From contig CAJUDU010000003.1 in the NCBI GenBank assembly GCA_910584935.1, positions 7,617-71,616 on the forward strand: a DNA stretch of 64,000 nt, written 5' to 3'. This document shows, one piece after another, positions 39,726 to 49,306 of the stretch (position 1 is the stretch's first letter; each line of letters opens with the position of its first letter). Origin of the DNA: an uncultured Butyricicoccus sp. (GTDB lineage: Bacteria; Bacillota; Clostridia; Oscillospirales; Butyricicoccaceae). The notes below the pieces were generated by a model. That model was not told where the DNA came from. It did not search any database and saw only the letters and a program-made list of their open reading frames with translations. The translations under genes were made by a program, and so were the position numbers.

Positions 39726-42515
39726 TCAGCCAACCACTTCAGCGCAGCGGCTGCACAGGGTAGGATGTTTTGCATTTGTTCCAATTGTGCTATTGTAGAC
39801 CCAGCAACGCTCACAGCGGATGCCAGAAGCACGTTCAATATCAACAGCAATGGAATCGCCTTCATCTGCGTTTTCGTCACGGATAACGCGGAACTTAGAC
39901 ACAATGCAAAGTGCAGCGAGATCATCCATAGATAAGCCGCAGTTTTCCAGGAAGTCCGCCATAGCATTATTGGTACGTACTGTAATCCAAGCTTCCAATG
40001 GCTTGCCAATAGTTTTTGCGTTACGCGCATTTTCCAACGCTTTATTGACTTCATCACGGAGCGCAATCAGCTTTGCCCATTTTTCCCGTTCCTGTGTAGG
40101 TAGGTCAAATTGTTCACGCATAGGCGGCATTTCATTTAGCACAATATTCCGGGTATCATGGTTTGTGCTGTGCGGCATTGTCTTCCAGATTTCATCTGCA
40201 GTAAAGCAAAGGATTGGGGCAATCATGCGTACCAGCGCATCCAGAATATAATACATTGCAGTTTGCGCAGAACGGCGGCTTAAACTGCTAACCTCATCAC
40301 AATACAAGCGGTCTTTGATGACATCCAGATAGAAATTCGACATATCAACAACGCAGAAGTTATGAACTGCATGCATAACTGTATGGAACTCATAAGCGTC
40401 GTAGGCTTTGCGTGCCCGGGCAACAAGGTCATTGAGTTTCATCAGTGCCCATTTATCCAGTGCAGGCATTTCATCATAAGCAACAAGCTGTGATGGATCA
40501 AAGTTTTGCAGGTTCCCTAAGATATATCGGGCAGTATTGCGGATTTTTAGGTAATTTTGAGAAAGATGCTTAAACATTTCCTTGGAAATACGCATATCCT
40601 GCCGGTAATCTGCGGAAGCAACCCATAAGCGCAAAATATCAGCACCATAATCTTTTAGCAGTGCTTGTGGGCTAATGCCATTGCCAGATGATTTCGACAT
40701 TTTCTGTCGTTCTTCATCCACAATCATGCCATGGGTAATGACTGTTTTATATGGCGCAATCCCCTTGGTTGCAATAGCCGTCAGCATGGAGGATTGGAAC
40801 CAGCCACGGTATTGGTCATTGCCTTCCAGGTATACATCCACTGGAATTGGCTGCCCTTCACGCTGCTCAATGACTGCAGCCCAGCTGGAACCGGAATCAA
40901 ACCATACATCCATGGTATCTGTTTCTTTATCAAATTCATTGCAGCCGCATTCACATTTGATATCCGTAGACAGGATTTCAGATGGTGATAGTTCGAACCA
41001 TGCGTTTGAACCTTTTTCGCGGAACAAATCCGAAACGATTTGGATGGTTTGTTCATTGACCAATGGTTTGCCGCATTTTTTGCAGGTAAAAATCGGGATT
41101 GGCACACCCCAGATGCGCTGGCGGGAAATACACCAGTCAGACCGTTCCTGAATCATAGAGGTCATACGATCTTCCCCCCAACCAGGCAGCCAAGTAATAT
41201 CATGGCACGCTTTGACAGCATCATCTTTAAGTGCATCAATAGAACAGAACCACTGCTCTGTTGCACGGAAAATAATTGGGTTTTTGCAGCGCCAACAATG
41301 TGGGTAGGAGTGCTCAATTTCCTCAATAGCAAGCAGTGCATTTGCAGCCTTTAAATCCGCTAAGATGACGTCTGTGGTCTTTTCATAGTACATACCAGCA
41401 TATTTGCCAGCATCGGGGGTTGTATAGCCCTTACCGTCCACAGGGACGATAATCGGGATATCATATTTCTGACATACTGTAAAGTCCTCTGCACCAAACC
41501 CAGGCGCAGTATGCACGCAACCGGTACCAGCATCCAATGTGACATGGTCGCCACAAATCACCAAGCTATCCCGATCCATCACAGGATGGCGTGTTTTCAT
41601 CATTTCAAGTTCAGCACCAGAAAGGGATGCAAGCGTTTCCCAATTACTGATATTTGCTGCTGCCATAACGGATTTAACCAGTTCTTTCGCGAGTACATAG
41701 ATTTCACCATTTGGCACTTGCACCAATTCATATTCAAAAGCTGGATTTACAGAAATCGCGAGGTTGCCTGGCAAAGTCCATGTTGTCGTTGTCCAAATGA
41801 CAAAGTATACATTTTGAGTTGAACCAATCAGTCGGGAGATGACGCCTTTATCATCTGTAAGTGCAAATTTCACATAGATAGATGCACATTTTTCATCCTG
41901 ATATTCAATTTCAGCTTCAGCCAGTGCGGTTTCATCTTTTGGGCACCAGTAAACAGGCTTTTTCCCTTTGTAGATAAAGCCTTTTTTATACATCTCCCCA
42001 AAGATTTCGATCTGCCGGGCTTCAAAGTCATGGGTGAGGGTTAGATATGGGCGTTCCCATTCGCCGAGAACCCCTAATCGGCGGAATTGCTCGCGCTGGG
42101 TATCCACGTGTTTGCGGGCAAATTCCTCACATTTCTGGCGGAATTCAGCCGTTGAAACTTTGTCCCGATCCATGCCATAAGCCTGGATGGCTTGTCGTTC
42201 AATCGGCAGCCCATGGGTATCCCACCCTGGGATATACGGCGCACAAAAGCCTGCCATATTCTTATAACGGACAATAAAGTCTTTTAGCACTTTATTCAGC
42301 GCATGCCCCATATGCAGGTTGCCATTTGCATATGGTGGTCCATCATGCAGGACAAAAAGAGGTTTTCCTGCATTTTTTTCCATTACATCATGATAAAGCT
42401 GGTTGCTCCCTTGTTCCCAGCCAGCCAGAAAATCTGGCTCGCGTTTTGGAAGCCCTGCTCGCATGGGGAAGTCCGTTTTGGGAAGGTTGATTGTCTTATT
42501 GTAATCCTGCGGCAT
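39726..42515 (-). CDS. ileS: Isoleucine--tRNA ligase (type 1)
   Basis: PYANG.LHMGH, WCISRQR, KMSKS, C-terminal zinc finger CERCW...CSRC. Confidence 0.97.
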   Translation of the reverse strand: MPQDYNKTINLPKTDFPMRAGLPKREPDFLAGWEQGSNQLYHDVMEKNAGKPLFVLHDGPPYANGNLHMGHALNKVLKDFIVRYKNMAGFCAPYIPGWDTHGLPIERQAIQAYGMDRDKVSTAEFRQKCEEFARKHVDTQREQFRRLGVLGEWERPYLTLTHDFEARQIEIFGEMYKKGFIYKGKKPVYWCPKDETALAEAEIEYQDEKCASIYVKFALTDDKGVISRLIGSTQNVYFVIWTTTTWTLPGNLAISVNPAFEYELVQVPNGEIYVLAKELVKSVMAAANISNWETLASLSGAELEMMKTRHPVMDRDSLVICGDHVTLDAGTGCVHTAPGFGAEDFTVCQKYDIPIIVPVDGKGYTTPDAGKYAGMYYEKTTDVILADLKAANALLAIEEIEHSYPHCWRCKNPIIFRATEQWFCSIDALKDDAVKACHDITWLPGWGEDRMTSMIQERSDWCISRQRIWGVPIPIFTCKKCGKPLVNEQTIQIVSDLFREKGSNAWFELSPSEILSTDIKCECGCNEFDKETDTMDVWFDSGSSWAAVIEQREGQPIPVDVYLEGNDQYRGWFQSSMLTAIATKGIAPYKTVITHGMIVDEERQKMSKSSGNGISPQALLKDYGADILRLWVASADYRQDMRISKEMFKHLSQNYLKIRNTARYILGNLQNFDPSQLVAYDEMPALDKWALMKLNDLVARARKAYDAYEFHTVMHAVHNFCVVDMSNFYLDVIKDRLYCDEVSSLSRRSAQTAMYYILDALVRMIAPILCFTADEIWKTMPHSTNHDTRNIVLNEMPPMREQFDLPTQEREKWAKLIALRDEVNKALENARNAKTIGKPLEAWITVRTNNAMADFLENCGLSMDDLAALCIVSKFRVIRDENADEGDSIAVDIERASGIRCERCWVYNSTIGTNAKHPTLCSRCAEVVG

Positions 42516-42553
42516 TTTACCGTGTCAGTCCTTTCATTTTCTTTTTCTTTTGG

Positions 42554-43267
42554 TCAGGATTTATAATCAGTACCAAATTTGAGGTCATCAAATTCAAACT
42601 CAGATTTATTTCCGCCCTCCTGTGGTCCACTGCTTGCCAGAGGGATTTCCTGAATATTAAAACGTGATTCTTTCTTTTTTACGGGTTCTGGCGCCTGTTC
42701 CTGGGGCGCAAACGGCTGGGTATCACTGATAGGCTTTTCCTTTACGGGATGCGGCTGTACTGGTTCTGGCGCAATGGAAATCGGTTCTGTTGGGAAGGAA
42801 GGTTCCCGTTCCAGAAGGTCAGAGGCAGACAGGGCAGCCAGCAGTTTTAGCTGCTCTTGATAAACGGCGGTTAGCTCAGTAACAAACTGCGCATTTTTTG
42901 CTTTTGCGTCCTCCAGCTTTTGTGCTTCGGATGCAATCTGCATTCGGTAATTTTCGATTCGGGTTTCCGCCTCATTGCGCGCATGGGAAAGCAGTTGGTC
43001 TGCTTCAGCTTTAGACTTGTCCAAAGTTTCCTGAGCAATGCTCTGCGCAGAAACGAGTGCGCGGCGCATCCCTTCCTCCACGCTGCGGTACTCCTCGATT
43101 TTGTCCACAAGGACTTTCATTTTTGATTTAAGCGCAGCGTTTTCCTTTTGCAGTGCCGCAAAATCTTCTGTAATGCGTTCAAGGAACTCATCAACAGCTT
43201 TCATATCGTAGCCGCCGAAAACTGCCTTTTCAAAATTAACCGCTTGTATTTCCTGAACGGTTAGCAT
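42554..43267 (-). CDS. divIVA: DivIVA-domain protein
   Basis: LTVQEI...FEKAVFGGY....VDEFL followed by coiled coil. Confidence 0.88.
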   Translation of the reverse strand: MLTVQEIQAVNFEKAVFGGYDMKAVDEFLERITEDFAALQKENAALKSKMKVLVDKIEEYRSVEEGMRRALVSAQSIAQETLDKSKAEADQLLSHARNEAETRIENYRMQIASEAQKLEDAKAKNAQFVTELTAVYQEQLKLLAALSASDLLEREPSFPTEPISIAPEPVQPHPVKEKPISDTQPFAPQEQAPEPVKKKESRFNIQEIPLASSGPQEGGNKSEFEFDDLKFGTDYKS

Positions 43268-43362
43268 ATCGAATATCCCTCCAAAATCCCGTGCCTTAGG
43301 CACGTGTGTCAATCATATGGTAAAAGGACCGGAGGGGCTGGCTCCGGCCGGGTTGGAATCCG

Positions 43363-43626
43363 TCAGTATATCAGCAGCATCTGAAGGATTTCAAGGGTCA
43401 GGAACGCGCATAAGAACGAAAAATCAATCGGTATCATGCGGGTAGCCGGAAAGCGATCCAACAGACTGCGGAAAGGCATGATGATAGGTTCTGTCACCAT
43501 GTAAAGGAATTCGGCAATCCTGGAACCTTGCATTTGCGGGAACCAAGAAAAAATGGCACGGGCAAACATCAAAAATTCCAGGAAGCGGATCATTGTAGAT
43601 ACCAGATGAATGAATAAATATGACAT
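43363..43626 (-). CDS. yggT: YggT/YlmG membrane protein
   Basis: ARAIFSWFP...VTEP...PFR...IDFS. Confidence 0.9.
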   Translation of the reverse strand: MSYLFIHLVSTMIRFLEFLMFARAIFSWFPQMQGSRIAEFLYMVTEPIIMPFRSLLDRFPATRMIPIDFSFLCAFLTLEILQMLLIY

Positions 43627-43636
43627 AATACTCTTT

Positions 43637-44107
43637 CTACAAATACAGGCCGTTGCTCTCTAGCTCATCGATCAAATCGCCGAGAATATCAACGTTATAT
43701 GGGGTGATGATATACGTGCTGTTTGCCACACGCTTGATTTTGCCTTCGTTGGCATATGCCACACCGCTGAGAAAATCCACCAGCCGGCGGGCAATATCTT
43801 TGTTAGTTTGTTCCAGGTTCAATACTACGGTACGCTTGTCCTTCAAGTGATCCGCGATTTCCGCAGCATTTTCAAATCGGTCGGGTTTCACAAGTACAAC
43901 CGCAAGCTGGGTTGTCGCATGGATATTCACGACCTTGTTATTTGCACGCTGTGCGTCCATGGAAAGGGGATTCTCTGGTGCTGGGCTCACAGGTGCTGGT
44001 GCCGGCGCAGGGGCTGGCTGTGGACGGGGGGGGATGTATTCTTCATCGTAATCATCCTCCATATCTTCGCCTTTAACCCAGTCTAAAAATCCCTTCAATG
44101 ATGCCAT
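43637..44107 (-). CDS. sepF: Cell division protein SepF
   Basis: IADHLK...VVLNL, RRLVDFLSG. Confidence 0.93.
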   Translation of the reverse strand: MASLKGFLDWVKGEDMEDDYDEEYIPPRPQPAPAPAPAPVSPAPENPLSMDAQRANNKVVNIHATTQLAVVLVKPDRFENAAEIADHLKDKRTVVLNLEQTNKDIARRLVDFLSGVAYANEGKIKRVANSTYIITPYNVDILGDLIDELESNGLYL

Positions 44108-44146
44108 TATATATTTCCTCCTCACAGGCGCACAGCGCCCGGCCAG

Positions 44147-44863
44147 TCATCTCATATATGGGCGCAAACCAAATATCGCAGTGCCGATGCGAACCATATT
44201 TGCCCCACACGAAATTGCGTCTTCGAAGTCATTGGACATACCGATAGACAGAAAGTCCATAGATACATTATCGTATCTTTTTTTCGATATGTCAATAAAT
44301 AGTCCTCGCATTCTATCAAAATAACGTAAATTTTCGTTGTGGCCATGTGAAATTGGTGGAATTGCCATCAAACCGCGGATATGAATCCCAGATAAAACAG
44401 ATAGCTGTTCGATAACAGAAAGTAAGGAGTTGGAAGAAAGACCACTTTTCGACTCCTCCATTCCAATGTTTACCTCCAGCAAGATGTCCTGGCAGATGCC
44501 TTTTTTCTCCGCTTCGCGGGCAATTGCCCGTCCGAGCTTTTCCGAACTGACAGATTGGATCAGTGCGGTTTTGCCGATCAGGTATTTAATTTTATTGGTT
44601 TGCAGGGTTCCGATAAAATGCAGCTGGGCACCTTCATACGCACCTTGTTCATATTTTTCCAGTAACTCCTGCACACGGTTTTCCCCTGCAATGGAGATGC
44701 CATTTTGTATGGCTGCCTGTACGCGTTCTGCGCTGTTCATTTTGCTGGCAGCCACCAGATGGATTTCATCTGGGGAGCGCCCTGCTTTTTGGGCTGCCTG
44801 CTGAATACGCAGTTTCACCTGCTGGATATTTTCTTTGAGTTGTTCCAGTTGGGGCCCTGTCAT
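44147..44863 (-). CDS. yggS: PLP homeostasis protein (YggS/YlmE)
   Basis: LVAASK, GENRVQE, HFIG.LQTNK, LSIGMSND, VRIGT. Confidence 0.95.
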   Translation of the reverse strand: MTGPQLEQLKENIQQVKLRIQQAAQKAGRSPDEIHLVAASKMNSAERVQAAIQNGISIAGENRVQELLEKYEQGAYEGAQLHFIGTLQTNKIKYLIGKTALIQSVSSEKLGRAIAREAEKKGICQDILLEVNIGMEESKSGLSSNSLLSVIEQLSVLSGIHIRGLMAIPPISHGHNENLRYFDRMRGLFIDISKKRYDNVSMDFLSIGMSNDFEDAISCGANMVRIGTAIFGLRPYMR

Positions 44864-46119
44864 CGAATCACCTTCCTATCGTCCAAGCCACGTCCTTTGA
44901 CAATAATGTTATCACCAGCAACAAGGTTCTCGCGATCTTTTTCTTTGCCTGTACCCTGCCGGACAATATAATAATCACTGCCTTCATAAAGCACATCGAT
45001 TTGTTTAAAACGGCTCATAGAGCCTGTCAGGATGTAAACGCCCTGTTTTGGGTTGCCTTGTTTATCTGTGCCGATTTTAACAGCCGTTTTCGGTACTCGG
45101 ATGCCTGTATAAGAACTCCGAATGACTTCCGCAGATTGGCAGCGCATTGTAACGAGTTCAGGCGTAACGCCCATACCGCTTAAAATCAGCAGCGCTTCGC
45201 TGCTGCCATCAGGCTGTCGGATATCATGCACAGTAACAGCGACATCCTCATCCACCTGTGGAAAGCGCAGGCGCAGGTTTGTCCCCTTTTCAATGCCTTC
45301 CAAATCAGTGATGGGAGCAGCCAAAGCAAAATACCATCGGAAGCTGCTGATCACCTTGCCCAGTTTGCCGCTGCTTTCATCGGTAATCTCAGATTCATTC
45401 AGGCTGTTCAAATCATCCAGAGTAAAGGTTTCAAGCGCTTCAGTTGTCAGCCTGCCTTCAAATCCATCAACAATTTCAGAAAAATATCCATCAGCTGGAG
45501 ATGAAATGGTTGTGCTGCGACCGACAATCTGCTTTTCCAGTCCATCCCGCTCAGTCGTCAAGGTGGAAAGCTGGGCAGATAATGTTGTGCTGTTTAAATC
45601 GCCAGCACTGCGCCGCAGGCACAAGTTACGCAAGTTAGCGGCTTCGGATTCCACACCGGAAACGATACCGCCTTGCACTTGGGATGAAAGAGAAGAAATT
45701 TGGGTCACAATCTGTTGATCCATTTTAGCGGCATCGCTGCTATTTGTGGATGTTTCCATTGCAGAATCCAACAGTTCGATTTCATCGTTAAGTACACTAA
45801 TTTTTTGGCTGGCTTCCAGTGCAGCAGCATCGGTATAAACAATGGCTAATGCGGCATCCTGCTGTACTTTTTCGCCATTGCGTACAATATGTTTGACAGT
45901 TTCGCTGGAAACGCCATCTGCCAGCACTTCATTTCGGAAAAACCAACCTGTTGCAGAGAAAGAATTATCCGCCGTCACGCGGATCGCCGTGATGGTAATG
46001 GGGATATTCATCAGCGCATTGACAACCTGCACAATCAGGTAAACAATCAGCAGGAAAACTGCCAGTAGTTTTATTTTCAAGCTTGTGCTGACTTTTTTCT
46101 GTTTTTGATGCTCACTCAT
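44860..46119 (-). CDS. HlyD-like membrane-fusion/adaptor protein
   Basis: N-terminal TM, lipoyl-like halves (NGEKVQ / ISSPADG) flanking a coiled coil, GIRVPKTA. Confidence 0.7.
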   Translation of the reverse strand: MSEHQKQKKVSTSLKIKLLAVFLLIVYLIVQVVNALMNIPITITAIRVTADNSFSATGWFFRNEVLADGVSSETVKHIVRNGEKVQQDAALAIVYTDAAALEASQKISVLNDEIELLDSAMETSTNSSDAAKMDQQIVTQISSLSSQVQGGIVSGVESEAANLRNLCLRRSAGDLNSTTLSAQLSTLTTERDGLEKQIVGRSTTISSPADGYFSEIVDGFEGRLTTEALETFTLDDLNSLNESEITDESSGKLGKVISSFRWYFALAAPITDLEGIEKGTNLRLRFPQVDEDVAVTVHDIRQPDGSSEALLILSGMGVTPELVTMRCQSAEVIRSSYTGIRVPKTAVKIGTDKQGNPKQGVYILTGSMSRFKQIDVLYEGSDYYIVRQGTGKEKDRENLVAGDNIIVKGRGLDDRKVIR

Positions 46120-46157
46120 TGCATTTTTTCATCCGATTAACATTTGGTTTTCATTAT

Positions 46158-46382
46158 TTAAGTATGATGGAACTCAATGCGCTGCTGAGGGACAACAGTA
46201 GAAATTGCATGCTTATAAATCATCTGCTGCCGTCCATCCACCTCGAGCATTACAACGAAATTGTCAAATCCGCGGATAACACCGCGCATTTGAAACCCGT
46301 TCATTAAAAACAAAGTAACCGGTTGTGCTTTTTGACGTAGCGTATTCAAAAAGCCGTCTTGAAGATTAAGTTCATTTTTCAT
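46158..46382 (-). CDS. hfq: RNA chaperone Hfq
   Basis: [27 protein letters not shown]. Confidence 0.96.
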   Translation of the reverse strand: MKNELNLQDGFLNTLRQKAQPVTLFLMNGFQMRGVIRGFDNFVVMLEVDGRQQMIYKHAISTVVPQQRIEFHHT

Positions 46383-46417
46383 AATAAGCCTCCACAAATA
46401 GTTAAATTATGGTTACA

Positions 46418-47356
46418 TCATAACCCGGATGCGGTTAAAATTTCTGTCGAATGGCGTAGAGCCTCGTCAAATTGCGAAGCACTGTCATAATAAACCCAGT
46501 GGATTGCAGCATCCCGCCGCAGCCAGGTAAGCTGACGTTTTGCATAGTTGCGGGAATTTTGTTTTAGTTGTTCAGTACAATCCTTCAGCGAAGCTTCGCC
46601 GCGGAAATATGGAATATACTCTTTGTATCCAATGGCTTGTGCAGCTGTACCGGTGAGTTTTCCCTGCTGGAAAAGGGTTTCAATTTCAGCCAAAAGCCCT
46701 TCCTCCAACATATGCTCTATGCGTGCATGAATACGTTCATAAAGCACTTCCCGCTTAGCTGGGCAAATACCGATTTTCACGCTTTGATATTTGGGTACTG
46801 CGCGCCGGTTTTTTTCATTCAGCGCATCTAGGGTCATGCCTGTTTGATGGTATACTTCCAATGCCCGTATCACTCGTTTCAGGTTATTGGGATGCAGTTT
46901 TGCCGCACCAATGGGATCAACCTTTTCCAGCATCGCGTGAACGGCTAGGTTACCTTGTTCAGCAGCAATCTGATTTAGGGTATGCCGCAATTCAGGGAGC
47001 GCCTCATCACCGCAAAAAGTATTGCCCGCAATCAAAGCATCCAAGTATAATCCAGTCCCACCACAAACAATAGGCACCATACCGCGCCGTAGGATATCTT
47101 GTGCGCAGCAGTCTGCCAGTTCTACATACCGAGCAACAGAAAAATGCTCTTCTGGCGGACAAATATCCAGCATATGGTGAGGAATGCCCTGCCGTTCTGT
47201 AATGGATGGTTTCGCTGTCCCAATATCCATGCCAATGTAAATCTGCATAGAATCCGCAGAAATAATTTCAGTGCCACGCATTTGAGCAAGCGCAACCGAT
47301 AAAGCTGTTTTACCACTTGCTGTAGGGCCAACAATACAGATAAGCTGGTTTTGCAT
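46418..47356 (-). CDS. miaA: tRNA dimethylallyltransferase
   Basis: GPTASGKT, DSMQIY..MDIGTAK, YAKRQ.TW. Confidence 0.96.
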   Translation of the reverse strand: MQNQLICIVGPTASGKTALSVALAQMRGTEIISADSMQIYIGMDIGTAKPSITERQGIPHHMLDICPPEEHFSVARYVELADCCAQDILRRGMVPIVCGGTGLYLDALIAGNTFCGDEALPELRHTLNQIAAEQGNLAVHAMLEKVDPIGAAKLHPNNLKRVIRALEVYHQTGMTLDALNEKNRRAVPKYQSVKIGICPAKREVLYERIHARIEHMLEEGLLAEIETLFQQGKLTGTAAQAIGYKEYIPYFRGEASLKDCTEQLKQNSRNYAKRQLTWLRRDAAIHWVYYDSASQFDEALRHSTEILTASGL

Positions 47357-47367
47357 GGCAATTCTCC

Positions 47368-49284
47368 TTACTGATTCACACGTTTGAACCGTTTATCAAT
47401 TTCATACTTTGTCAGCCGCACAGTTACCGGACGCCCATGCGGGCAGCAGGAAATTTCAGGATCATCTAGTACACGATCACAAAGGGTTTGAAGTTCGGTT
47501 TGGGATGTCTGCTTGCCAGCTTTAATGGCGGCTTTACAGGCAACCATATGAATTAAGTCATCTAGCCTGTCTGGGTTTGGCGCACAGTTTGCAGATAGTT
47601 TGCCTGCAATTTCGGATAGCACCTCAGTGATATCCGCCACATCCAGATAAGCTGGCACTGCACGTACAGCAAAACTGCATTCGCCAAATGGTTCGATATC
47701 AAACCCCACAGACTGCACTAAAGCCTTTTGCTCCTTTAAAATAGCAAATTCTATCGCAGACATTTCCGCAATATGGGGCGTGAGTAATTGTTGCTGCGGA
47801 ATTTGGGTCGTTTTGCGCAATTCGTTAAATAGGATTCGTTCATGGGCAGCGTGCTTGTCCAATAGCAACAGCCCTTCTTCATCCTCCACAATGATATATG
47901 TGTGAAATAGCTCTCCAATTACCCTTGTGGCTGATTTCAGCGGCACTGGGGATTCTGTAAACGGTAGCGCACGAAATGGCATACTTTTCACTGCAACGGC
48001 TGAGTTTTTCTGTTCGTCTGTGTCTGGGGACCGCAGCATAAGCGGTTCTTCCATAACGTCGTCACAGTCGATGACAGGCGGTTTAAATTGTCGCGAGGGA
48101 ATTACCTTTTTCGGCAGTGAAAACGGCTCTATGGGCGGCACAGGACGCGCACGAGGCATTTGCTGTGGCAGCTTATTTAATGGCGGCGTCTTGTCAGGTG
48201 AGGATTCCAGAATATGCTGCTGTGCGGGTGTTACAGTATCTTGCTTGGGTGAAGGCTTCTGGGGCTCCTCCAATGTTATAATAGGTACATTGTCATGTTT
48301 TTCCAGTGCGTTTTTGCACGCAATATAAACCGCTTGGAAAACATTTTGTTCCTGTGCGAATTTGACTTCTGTTTTGGCAGGATGCACGTTAACATCTACC
48401 ATATTCAGTGGCAGTGTCAGGAACAGCGCACAGCTTGGATATTTCCCAGTAATGATTTTATTGCGATAAGCTTCTTCAAGCGCAGCTTGAAGCATTTTAT
48501 TTTTTACATAGCGTCCATTGACAAAAAAATGCTGCATACTGCGGTTAGGGCGGCAAAAATGAGGTTTTGTAATATATCCCCACGCAGAGATAGATTCCCG
48601 CTCAAAACGGTCGGCTTCGATCATGTTTGCGGTAAAGTCACGGCCAAACACGCTGAATACCGGCGAAAGCAGCCGTCCATCTCCCGGGGAGGAAAAAACC
48701 TGTTTGCCATCACGCATCATGGTGAACGCAATTTCCGGGTGTGAAAGTGCAGCATGCTGCACAACACCTACGACATATCCTGCCTCAGTAAAATCCTTCT
48801 TAAGGAATTTCATGCGGGCTGGCGTATTAAAAAACAAATCGCGGATGATAATGGTTGTCCCATCGGGGCAGCCAGCATCTTCATGCACTTGCAACGTTCC
48901 AGCCTCCAGCTGAAGATGTTGTCCAGCAAGCATATCCTTCTGTTTGGTAAATAGATCAATACGGGAAACAGCTGAAATTGCAGCCAGCGCTTCTCCGCGG
49001 AAACCTAACGTGCCAATCGCCGCCAAATCAGATTCTGTGCGCAGCTTGCTGGTGGCGTGCCGCTTGAATGCAGTCGGGGCATCTTCTGGGGACATACCAC
49101 AGCCATTATCCATAATGCGCAGGTAGGTAATGCCGCCGTTTTCAATTTCTACTTGGATACGTGTTGCCCCAGCATCAATTGCATTTTCAACTAATTCTTT
49201 AGCCGCTGATGCAGGGCGTTCTACCACCTCACCTGCTGCAATGAGGTCAGCAAGATGTGGGGATAATTCCTGAATAACAGCCAT
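47368..49284 (-). CDS. mutL: DNA mismatch repair protein MutL
   Basis: IAAGEVVERP, GFRGEAL, DKHAAHER, CPHGRP. Confidence 0.97.
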   Translation of the reverse strand: MAVIQELSPHLADLIAAGEVVERPASAAKELVENAIDAGATRIQVEIENGGITYLRIMDNGCGMSPEDAPTAFKRHATSKLRTESDLAAIGTLGFRGEALAAISAVSRIDLFTKQKDMLAGQHLQLEAGTLQVHEDAGCPDGTTIIIRDLFFNTPARMKFLKKDFTEAGYVVGVVQHAALSHPEIAFTMMRDGKQVFSSPGDGRLLSPVFSVFGRDFTANMIEADRFERESISAWGYITKPHFCRPNRSMQHFFVNGRYVKNKMLQAALEEAYRNKIITGKYPSCALFLTLPLNMVDVNVHPAKTEVKFAQEQNVFQAVYIACKNALEKHDNVPIITLEEPQKPSPKQDTVTPAQQHILESSPDKTPPLNKLPQQMPRARPVPPIEPFSLPKKVIPSRQFKPPVIDCDDVMEEPLMLRSPDTDEQKNSAVAVKSMPFRALPFTESPVPLKSATRVIGELFHTYIIVEDEEGLLLLDKHAAHERILFNELRKTTQIPQQQLLTPHIAEMSAIEFAILKEQKALVQSVGFDIEPFGECSFAVRAVPAYLDVADITEVLSEIAGKLSANCAPNPDRLDDLIHMVACKAAIKAGKQTSQTELQTLCDRVLDDPEISCCPHGRPVTVRLTKYEIDKRFKRVNQ

Positions 49285-49306
49285 AATACCTTCCCTTCTT
49301 CTGGCA

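Noticed and set aside
39668..40066. Long N-terminal extension of lspA overlapping ileS
   Set aside because: The LspA motifs start at ATG 39667 with its own RBS, and a terminator-like hairpin lies in between.
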